NCBI GenBank assembly: GCA_048887225.1
Contig: JBHLJY010000003.1
Coordinates: forward strand, 1 to 64,000
Length of the DNA: 64,000 nt
DNA from: Candidatus Hodarchaeota archaeon
GTDB lineage: Archaea > Asgardarchaeota > Lokiarchaeia > Sigyniarchaeales > SOKP01
Reading direction: 5' to 3'
Part shown: piece by piece, positions 29,801 through 37,931 of the stretch
How the letters are laid out: the number at the start of each line of letters is the position of its first letter
Position numbering within the stretch: the first letter of the stretch is position 1
Made by a program: the position numbers and the translations under genes
The notes under the pieces: model-generated
The model's database searches: none
What the model was told of the DNA's origin: nothing
What the model saw: only the letters and a program-made list of their open reading frames with translations

Positions 29801-30553
29801 TCAAAAAATTTGGCTTCCTATTGATAATACCATCCTTAAAGAAAACTCTATTTGTCGATTTCCATCATTACTAACACCCATATGACCAGGAAGGAGATAT
29901 TTAACGTCGAGATCATTTACAAATTTTATGGAATTTTGAAGCTTTTTTAAAGATCCTCCAGGAAAATCATATCTTCCAAAACTTCCGCCTGTAAAAACCA
30001 AATCTCCTGAAATTAAAATTTTTTTTGAAGATTCATAGTAGGAAATAGATCCTAATGAATGTCCTGGTGTATAATAAATTTGAAATGTAAAATCTGAAAA
30101 AACTGTAATCTCTTTCAAATTAGTTAAATCATTTATTTTTAGAGGGACAATTTTTACTCTAAAAATACTAGGGCTTATTCCAAGATTTCCAGGGCATATT
30201 TGGGATGTATCTCCTTTAGATAAGATTTTTGCTGTTTCTCCGTAAGCAAAAACTTCAGGAGGCTCGTCTTTCAGAATTTCCATTAATGGATACAACCCAA
30301 TTACGTGATCTATATGTTCGTGAGTTAGAAAAACTTTTGTTATATTATTATAATTAATATTTTGTTTTTTCATACCTTCAAGCAATGACTTGAATGATAG
30401 ACTATTTCCAGCGTCGAATAATGCAATTTCGTCAGTTTCTTGATCAATAATGCAATATTGATTGCAGTCTAACATTTGATTTTCTGAGAAGTAATATAAA
30501 TTTTTTAATACTTCTTTGCCTCTTTTTTCAGAACTGCTACTACTAAAAAACAT
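29801..30553 (-). CDS. MBL-fold metallo-hydrolase
   Basis: THEHIDH, TPGHS, SGDLVF, GRYDFPGGS, PGH. Confidence 0.93.
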   Translation of the reverse strand: MFFSSSSSEKRGKEVLKNLYYFSENQMLDCNQYCIIDQETDEIALFDAGNSLSFKSLLEGMKKQNINYNNITKVFLTHEHIDHVIGLYPLMEILKDEPPEVFAYGETAKILSKGDTSQICPGNLGISPSIFRVKIVPLKINDLTNLKEITVFSDFTFQIYYTPGHSLGSISYYESSKKILISGDLVFTGGSFGRYDFPGGSLKKLQNSIKFVNDLDVKYLLPGHMGVSNDGNRQIEFSLRMVLSIGSQIF

Positions 30554-30629
30554 TTTATTTATGAAAAGAACCTTAATTTTAATGTTTTTTCTTTATAAAA
30601 TTTAATAAATTTCGTAAATAATTATTATT

Positions 30630-31022
30630 ATGTCAAAAGAACCCAATATTGAGGATTTAAAATCCAAAATAGGTTTTGGAATAAAAGTATGGCTGGAATT
30701 TAAGGATGTTGAGAAAAAGAAGAATATTATGGGTTCTGGTTGGGCAAAATTATTAGAGAATATTAATAAAATTGAAGGTGGCTCTTTGACTCACGCTGCT
30801 CAAGAATGTGGTTATTCTTATAAATACGCTTGGAATATTTTAAAAAGAATTGAAAAAAGGACGGGTTTATCGCCTGTAATTACAGGTAAAGGAGGTAGTG
30901 GAGGAGGGGGTTGGATTAAATTAAATAAATGGGGTAAGTTATTACTAAGCACCTACAATAATTTACTATTTGAACTTGAAAAAATTGAAAAGAGACTTGG
31001 AGAGAGCTTTAAAATTAACTAA
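30630..31022 (+). CDS. ModE-family HTH regulator (no TOBE domain)
   Basis: KVWLE, GSLTHAAQECGYSYKYAW, GGSGGGG..LNKWGK. Confidence 0.88.
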   Translation: MSKEPNIEDLKSKIGFGIKVWLEFKDVEKKKNIMGSGWAKLLENINKIEGGSLTHAAQECGYSYKYAWNILKRIEKRTGLSPVITGKGGSGGGGWIKLNKWGKLLLSTYNNLLFELEKIEKRLGESFKIN

Positions 31023-31290
31023 TAAATATGTTTTAATTTCAATATCGTCTAGTTATTCATAATAATGGGAAGTTGATTGGATTAGTGCTACAGCCAGATA
31101 TCTTCAAGAAGCTATAAGAATTTTTAAAAGAATAATTTATATTTTAATAGAACAAATAATTATAAATAATTTTTAAATTGTAAAAGTAAAACAAATTTAA
31201 TTATGAATAATGTTATTATTTTAGGAATTATAAAGATTTAATAAGATTTGATCAAAAAAAATTATAAAAAAAATTGAGGCCGTAAACGGA

Positions 31291-32817
31291 ATGGCTTTCC
31301 CTCTTCCAGGAACACCCATTATACTTGATATTGGCAGTGCTTACGTTAAAATCGGTTTTGCTGGTGAACCCGCCCCCCGTTTCGTGTTTCCTTGTATCAC
31401 GGGTTATGAAAAATATAAATCAGTAATGGTTGATGTTGGTCAAAGGAGCGTCTATGTTGGAAATGATGCTATGAAAATGCGTGGCGTTCTTAAAGTGAAA
31501 TATCCCTTACAGAGAGGAGTAATTATGGATTGGGAAGAATATTATGAGATTTTAAATTACATTTTCTATACTTTACTTAGAATAGATAATCTTTCAAATT
31601 ATCCCGTTATGTATGCTGAACATCCATTTATGCCAAGAGAAACTAAAGAATATATCGCAAGAGTATTATTCGAAACTCATAGAGTTAGATCTTTAATAAT
31701 GTTGCAATCCCCATTTTTATCAATGTTTTCTGTCGGGATAACAACAGGCTTGGTCTTAGAGAGTGGTGATGGGGTAACTTGGATTGTTCCAATAGTTAAT
31801 GGTCAAATTTATCATCAAGCTATTCAAAAGTTAAATCTTGCTGGAATAGATGTTAATCATAATTTAAAATCGTTAATGATGAGAGAGGGAATCAACATTG
31901 AATCTTCGGCAGCAGACGAAATTTTAAAAGAAATAAAGGAAAAAAATTGTTATTTCGTAATAGATCCAAACAATCCGCCAGTCTCGAAGGATACTTATAC
32001 ATACCCAATGCCAGATGGCTCTGTTAAACAAATTCCCAATAATATTTTGCATCAAGCTCCTGAAATTATGTTTCAACCGGGAATGCTCGGGTATAATATG
32101 ATGAACATTCCACAAGCGATAATTTACTGTTTACAAATGATGGATAGCGCTTATTGGTATGACTTGTTATCTCATATTGTGCTTTCAGGCGGGAATCTTA
32201 TGTATAGCGGATTTGAAGAACGATTAAAACAAGAAGTAATAACAATTTTACCCCAATTAGGGAATATTCCTAGACCTCAAAGGCAACCAACTCTTAGTGA
32301 AAGCTACGACACCAGACTCGAAGCAATCGAAACAACCCAAAAAATACAAGATACATGTTCTAAATGTGGAGCATTAGTAGACTTATCTGATGGAAAAGAA
32401 TCATGTCCATTATGTGGGGCGAGTATGAAATTGCCCCAGCTATCCATAGATTTAGGTGGATCAGGTGATATGATATCCTCCTCTAAAAGAATTTGTCCTT
32501 TTTGTAATAAGGGGATTAAAGATGATTCTTCAATATTTTGTCCTTATTGTGGGAAAAATATCCAAATGGCAGATATATCAACGACTTCGGAAAAAATTAT
32601 GGAGGAAGCGATGACTGCTACAGAATTTAAGGCTGAATTTAACGCATCCGATGAAATTATTAAATTTTTAATTCCAGAAAATCTCCAATATGCTGTTTTT
32701 TATGGAGCATCTATCCTTGGAAGCCTTCCTAGTTTCCAGAATCTTTTCATTACTCACGAAGAATTCCAAGCTAACACAAATGTATTATATAGAGATATTT
32801 CAGATGTCTTTAGATAA
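31291..32817 (+). CDS. Actin-family protein with inserted double zinc ribbon
   Basis: ILDIGSAYVKIGFAGEPAPRFVFP, YVGNDA, LKVKYPLQRGVIMDWE, TTGLVLESGDGVT, IKEKNCY, APEIMFQP, IVLSGG, GASILGSL. Confidence 0.95.
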   Translation: MAFPLPGTPIILDIGSAYVKIGFAGEPAPRFVFPCITGYEKYKSVMVDVGQRSVYVGNDAMKMRGVLKVKYPLQRGVIMDWEEYYEILNYIFYTLLRIDNLSNYPVMYAEHPFMPRETKEYIARVLFETHRVRSLIMLQSPFLSMFSVGITTGLVLESGDGVTWIVPIVNGQIYHQAIQKLNLAGIDVNHNLKSLMMREGINIESSAADEILKEIKEKNCYFVIDPNNPPVSKDTYTYPMPDGSVKQIPNNILHQAPEIMFQPGMLGYNMMNIPQAIIYCLQMMDSAYWYDLLSHIVLSGGNLMYSGFEERLKQEVITILPQLGNIPRPQRQPTLSESYDTRLEAIETTQKIQDTCSKCGALVDLSDGKESCPLCGASMKLPQLSIDLGGSGDMISSSKRICPFCNKGIKDDSSIFCPYCGKNIQMADISTTSEKIMEEAMTATEFKAEFNASDEIIKFLIPENLQYAVFYGASILGSLPSFQNLFITHEEFQANTNVLYRDISDVFR

Positions 32818-32919
32818 TGAAGCAAATGGTTCTAAAATCATTAAATTTCGTTAATTTTTAATTTCAAGCTAAATTTAAAAATTTAAATTTAGTAAATCAA
32901 ACTAAGGTTAATAAATCAA

Positions 32920-34068
32920 TTGAAAACTTCAAAATTTCGAATCCTAACAGTTTTCATATTATTCCTTGTTATATCTTTAAGTTTATCTCCTTTTGTTCTT
33001 GCTCGCACACGAAAAACCTATTTAACTGATTTCCTTTTAGAAACTTATATTGATGATGAGGGATTTTCGAATTGTGATCGCGAAGAATATCGCGAAGATG
33101 GCGATGATGTGTCTTATGAAGCAACAGCTTATGCTCTAGAAATTCTTGGAGAATACAATTTATTAGAAAAGAAAGATCTGTTTGGAAAAGTTGAGGAATC
33201 TTACAATTCTTCAGATCTTCAAGAATATTTAGAAGAAAAACTCAATTCTATATATACTTCTGGTAATATAGATATATATAATACGTTTTATATTTTAAAA
33301 TCATTAGAAGAAATGGATTACGAGATAGCTGGAGCTTTGGCACTGCAAATCAAATCATATATTGATAGTACAGCACAGGCTGATGGTGGTTTTTCTGGTT
33401 CAAGTACATCTTCTTCATCTAATCTAATCTCAACTTATTTTGCTTTACAAATTTTAGATCTATTAGATCTACCAATACCAAATTCAAAAGCATTTATTAG
33501 CTCATGTAGTAATCCAGATGGGGGATATGGTGGTGATAGTACTTCTTCCTCAACTATTACTAATACTTACTACGCAATTTTAATCATGGATTTTTATGAT
33601 GATTTTGGTTCATTAGCATCTGAAGATTTGACAATTAAATATCTTAATTCATTTTTTGTAGATGATGAAAATGACGAAGATAATTACGGGGGATACTTAC
33701 CTGATCACAATGCTGAATATGCATTGCTTAGCAGTACATATATTTGTATAAAAGCAATCTCATTAATCGATGAGGATGAGTTTGGGGATAAAGATGATAC
33801 AGCACAATGGGTTATGAACCACCAAAATTTTCAAGACGGAGGTTTTGTCGATGAGAGTGATGGATACGATCAAAAATTTTCTTCAGTAATTAATACATTT
33901 TTTGCTTATGAGACATTGAAATTGCTTGGAAGAGAAGAATTATTAGAAGAAAAAGTATTCATGTTGGAATTTGAGTGGTATGATTGGATAATCTTTGTCA
34001 TTATATTGATCATCCTTGTAGCACTTGCCTTAGTAGGTATTAATATTTGGCGAAAAAGAAGATTATAA
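32920..34068 (+). CDS. Secreted, C-terminally anchored prenyltransferase/squalene-oxidase-repeat protein
   Basis: Signal peptide; repeats QADGGF, NPDGGY, NYGGY, QNFQDGGF each followed by TYxA helices; C-terminal TM plus WRKRRL. Confidence 0.8.
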   Translation: MKTSKFRILTVFILFLVISLSLSPFVLARTRKTYLTDFLLETYIDDEGFSNCDREEYREDGDDVSYEATAYALEILGEYNLLEKKDLFGKVEESYNSSDLQEYLEEKLNSIYTSGNIDIYNTFYILKSLEEMDYEIAGALALQIKSYIDSTAQADGGFSGSSTSSSSNLISTYFALQILDLLDLPIPNSKAFISSCSNPDGGYGGDSTSSSTITNTYYAILIMDFYDDFGSLASEDLTIKYLNSFFVDDENDEDNYGGYLPDHNAEYALLSSTYICIKAISLIDEDEFGDKDDTAQWVMNHQNFQDGGFVDESDGYDQKFSSVINTFFAYETLKLLGREELLEEKVFMLEFEWYDWIIFVIILIILVALALVGINIWRKRRL

Positions 34069-34154
34069 AACATTTTCTTTCCTTTTTATATTTATTCAAA
34101 ATATTAAATCTTTTTTATAGAAAGCTCTCAAATTTAATTAGTGAATTATTAATA

Positions 34155-35015
34155 ATGGAAAAGATACTTGAAGGAAAGAAATTAGCAGATAAATTAAATT
34201 TTAAATTAAAAGCTAAGATTGATGATATTGTAAAAAAAATAGGAACCCGACCGAAATTAGCTACTATTTTATTAGGAAAAGACCCTGCATCAAAAGTATA
34301 TGTGAATATTAAACATAAAACATGTACTAAAGTTGGTATTGAATCACATCTGGTTGAACTCAGTGAGGATACAAACAAGACAGAGTTATTAAACGAAATA
34401 GAAATACTAAATAATGATAATACTATCCATGGCATATTATTACAATTGCCTCTTCCAATGAAGCTTCGAGACTTTATACCTCATTTTCATGAAAAAATAT
34501 CTCCAATTAAAGATGTAGATGGATTTCATCCAATAAATAGAGGTAAACTCTTTGATTACAACGAGGAATTTGCGCCATGTACACCTAAGGGCATTATTGC
34601 TCTGTTAGAGAATTACAATATTGAGATAAAAGGAAAAGATGTCACTATAATAAATAGATCTAATCTAGTAGGAAAACCGTTAATATTTATGTTTTTAAAG
34701 AGAAACGCGACACCGTCTATCTGCCATACATCAACAAGGGATATTGGTCGTTATATAAAACAAGCAGATATATTGATTGTGGCCGTGGGTCGTCCAAATT
34801 TCATAACTGAAGAAAAAATTAAAAATGATGTTATCATTGTCGATGTAGGGATTAATAGAGTTGAAGGCAAATTAGTCGGGGATGTTGATTTTAAAGGCGT
34901 TTTTGAAAAGTGTGGAGCAATAACACCCGTACCAGGGGGTGTAGGACCTTTAACTGTAAGTTTTTTGCTTCGTAATACTTTCAGTGCGTTTAAAAAACAA
35001 TTAGATATAAATTAA
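34155..35015 (+). CDS. folD: Methylene-THF dehydrogenase/cyclohydrolase
   Basis: ILEGKKLA, YVNIK, GILLQLPLP, KDVDGFHP, PCTPKG, RSNLVGKP, DVGINR, TPVPGGVGPLT; start moved to ATG 34155. Confidence 0.96.
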   Translation: MEKILEGKKLADKLNFKLKAKIDDIVKKIGTRPKLATILLGKDPASKVYVNIKHKTCTKVGIESHLVELSEDTNKTELLNEIEILNNDNTIHGILLQLPLPMKLRDFIPHFHEKISPIKDVDGFHPINRGKLFDYNEEFAPCTPKGIIALLENYNIEIKGKDVTIINRSNLVGKPLIFMFLKRNATPSICHTSTRDIGRYIKQADILIVAVGRPNFITEEKIKNDVIIVDVGINRVEGKLVGDVDFKGVFEKCGAITPVPGGVGPLTVSFLLRNTFSAFKKQLDIN

Positions 35016-35117
35016 ATAAAATTAAAGAGAAAAAAAATCAATATATTACTTTCAGAATTATAAAATAAATAAATAAGATTATAAAATACTGAAAAGAATA
35101 ATTCTAACATTCATATT

Positions 35118-35570
35118 ATGGCAGTTTTAGAAGTTGGCATCAATATCGGAAACCGTAATATTCTTGAGATTCTCTATTACACATCATCAGACGTTTTAGA
35201 TCCAAATTTACGTGCTGGTTTTCTTTCCGCTTTGGAAAGTTTTACAACTGAGGTTTTTGGAGATGACATAAATGTAGTTTCATTAGCTTCTTTTAAGCTA
35301 GTTTGTTATTGTGAGATGATAGCGCTATCAGGGGAAGATAAAGACAATACCCAACCATTATTAGCATATGCCATAATAGAAAAAGAAACAGACTCAGAAA
35401 TTGTCAAACGACTTTTAAAAGAAATTATTCAAAATTTTTTAAATCAATATTCTGTTATAAATATTTTCGAAAAGAAAGGAAAATATTTTAGGAAGTTTGA
35501 AAGCAGTATCAATGATATACTTGGAGACCTTAGAATGAAAACGGAAGATCGATTCAAATCAATATTCTAA
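35118..35570 (+). CDS. Stand-alone longin-like domain protein
   Basis: DPNLRAGFLSALESFTTEVFGDDINVVSL; LLKEIIQNFLNQY. Confidence 0.75.
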   Translation: MAVLEVGINIGNRNILEILYYTSSDVLDPNLRAGFLSALESFTTEVFGDDINVVSLASFKLVCYCEMIALSGEDKDNTQPLLAYAIIEKETDSEIVKRLLKEIIQNFLNQYSVINIFEKKGKYFRKFESSINDILGDLRMKTEDRFKSIF

Positions 35571-35606
35571 CTTCCTACTTCTTAGAATCTAAGTTAATGT
35601 GATTAT

Positions 35607-36803
35607 ATGAGCTCAAATATTGGTCCTGAAGCGAAAGCTGCTTATCAGAAATATTTAGATGCGAGTTCTCTTGAAGAGAAAATAAACAAATTAGAAGAAT
35701 TTATTTCTTTAGTTCCTAAACATAAATCTACAGAAAAAATAGTAGCTCTTAATCGATCTCGTCTCGCGAAATTAAAACGTGAACTTGAAGAACGAAAACA
35801 TAGATTAAAAAGCGTAAAAAAAGTTATAAGTCCGTTCTCAATAAAAAAAGAGGGAATTCAAGTAATTCTCGTTAGTGATTACCATATCCCTGGAGTTGGG
35901 AAAACAATGCTATTGAATTACTTAACTGGCGCTGCCAAAGATAGAATTGGCAAATTTACAGCTCTTCCTGAAATAGGTATATACGAATATAAAGGAATTA
36001 GGTTTCAAATTGTAGATATGCCGTCATTAATGGAAGGGGCATCGAAAGGAATAGGAAATGGTAAAGAGATTCTCTCACAATTAAGATCTTCAGATTTAAT
36101 ATGTTTGTGCATTGATTTATCAAGAGATATTTATACTCAAATGAATTTATTATTAACAGAATTATCTAACGCGGATGTGAAAATTAATGTCCCTCCTCCT
36201 CCTATTATTGTTGAAAAAACAGGCTCTAATAAAATTCAAATATATTACATAACAAAAGAAGCCCATAAGAACAAAAATATAGAAGAATTAAATGAAAAAA
36301 TAAAGGAAATAGTCCAGGAAGCTGGAATTCGAAACGCTATTGTAAAAATTTATGGCAAAATTACTATTGACAAAGTTGTAGATGCTTTAACACCTTCTGT
36401 AGTATATAAAAATGCAATAATATTAGGGACTAAAGGAGATCTCCCACAAACGGAGGTTGCTTTTCACAAATTAAAAAGTGGATTTTCTGATAAATTTCCA
36501 CTAATTATAGGTACAAGTGTACAAAAAAAGAATTTTCCTGAAAATTTTGGCGAAATTATTTTAGAATTTTTAAAAAAAATAAAAATTTTTACAATGGATA
36601 AACATGGAACTCTCGCTGAAAAACCATTGATAATGGATGAGAGTGCCACTGTAAGAGATGTAGCATTGAGAATTCATAGAAGCTTCTTTGAATTATTTGA
36701 TTATGCTATTGTTGTTAGAGAAAGCGCACGTCAAAAACGGAAAAAAGTTGGTTTAAAATATATATTGAAAAATAATGATATAATTGAGATTCATACAATT
36801 TAA
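35607..36803 (+). CDS. DRG/OBG-family GTPase with TGS domain (divergent)
   Basis: VPKHKSTEK..SRLAKLK, PGVGKT, QIVDMPSLMEGASKGIGNG, TKGD, TVRDVALRIH, KVGLKYILKNNDIIEIH. Confidence 0.88.
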   Translation: MSSNIGPEAKAAYQKYLDASSLEEKINKLEEFISLVPKHKSTEKIVALNRSRLAKLKRELEERKHRLKSVKKVISPFSIKKEGIQVILVSDYHIPGVGKTMLLNYLTGAAKDRIGKFTALPEIGIYEYKGIRFQIVDMPSLMEGASKGIGNGKEILSQLRSSDLICLCIDLSRDIYTQMNLLLTELSNADVKINVPPPPIIVEKTGSNKIQIYYITKEAHKNKNIEELNEKIKEIVQEAGIRNAIVKIYGKITIDKVVDALTPSVVYKNAIILGTKGDLPQTEVAFHKLKSGFSDKFPLIIGTSVQKKNFPENFGEIILEFLKKIKIFTMDKHGTLAEKPLIMDESATVRDVALRIHRSFFELFDYAIVVRESARQKRKKVGLKYILKNNDIIEIHTI

Positions 36804-36867
36804 AAAGATAAAGAGAACTCCTTTAATTTAATAATTTAAAGATTACAATAACATTATTTAAATCAAT

Positions 36868-37821
36868 TTAATTAAGGTAAGAATCAATATCATCATTCAT
36901 TTGTAATATTTTCGTAATTGCGGCGGAAAGCTCGTGAACTGAAACCTCTTCTTTATTTATTAGCAATTTCGCTAAGTTTTGGTAATCCTTCCACTTAATA
37001 TCAGAGGTTACATTCTTGAGTTTATTACTAAAACTATATAAATTTAAATAAACATCCCTATAACTTCCTTCAGTAACGGATTTACTACCTAATAATTTTA
37101 TAGCTTGAGCTAAAGTGAGCTTGATTCTTTCTAAATAATATTTTAATTTTATTTTAGTGTCTTTTAGATTATCTTTTAATAATTTAACGTCTTCTTGGTA
37201 TTTGAAAAAACCTTGCTCATCTTTTAATCTTTCTGAAATTTCAAGTAATTTCTTACTGATCCCTAATTTTCTCTGGATATTGGTTATTTTTTCCAATTTC
37301 GAGAGTAATAAGTCTTTTTCCTGAATTAAATTTTCTTTTTCTTGAAGAGATAAGTCTTTTTTATGAGCCCAAATTGATTTCAAAACAAGATCAGGCTTTT
37401 CGATTAATGATTTATCCCCAATTAATTTCTTTTGAGATTGTATCAATTCTGAGATAGGCGTGTTCAAAATGTCAAAATCAGCCTTTATTCCCTCCCAATT
37501 AAGAAAAATCTCTTTATAATCAATGAGAATTTTAATAAATTTTGGAATTAATTTGTTAACAAGTTTATAATCTTCATTATCGGCAATAATTACAAGATCA
37601 GTCTTAATTTCGTTTATTGCGGTAAAAAAAACAGAATAATTGCCTAATTCGACATTCTTTAATTCTTGGGAACCTTCAAGAACCACTTCAGACACAAATG
37701 ACTTTAAAGTACTAAAAAATGAGCTAAAAAGATCTAATTTTCCATCACTGATGTCTTGGAAGCTTTTGTCATATAATAATAAACCAGATTCTTGCTGATA
37801 TAGAAATATGGTATATAACAT
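36868..37821 (-). CDS. Longin-like domain plus C-terminal helical domain protein
   Basis: IFLYQQESGLLLYDKSF...DLFSSFFSTLKSFVSEV...LKNVELGNY. Confidence 0.75.
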   Translation of the reverse strand: MLYTIFLYQQESGLLLYDKSFQDISDGKLDLFSSFFSTLKSFVSEVVLEGSQELKNVELGNYSVFFTAINEIKTDLVIIADNEDYKLVNKLIPKFIKILIDYKEIFLNWEGIKADFDILNTPISELIQSQKKLIGDKSLIEKPDLVLKSIWAHKKDLSLQEKENLIQEKDLLLSKLEKITNIQRKLGISKKLLEISERLKDEQGFFKYQEDVKLLKDNLKDTKIKLKYYLERIKLTLAQAIKLLGSKSVTEGSYRDVYLNLYSFSNKLKNVTSDIKWKDYQNLAKLLINKEEVSVHELSAAITKILQMNDDIDSYLN

Positions 37822-37931
37822 TGTTTATTTTTTTATAAATAAGTTCTTAATATAGGTAAAAACCCAAAATTGAATTATATTTCCTATTATCTAATTAATT
37901 CTTTTTTCTATTTTAATGTGACTTCATAAGT

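Noticed and set aside
31060-31180. Coding-like stretch (WEVDWISATARYLQEAIRIFKR...) between modE and the actin gene
   Set aside because: No usable start and no recognisable family; may be a gene remnant but unsupported.
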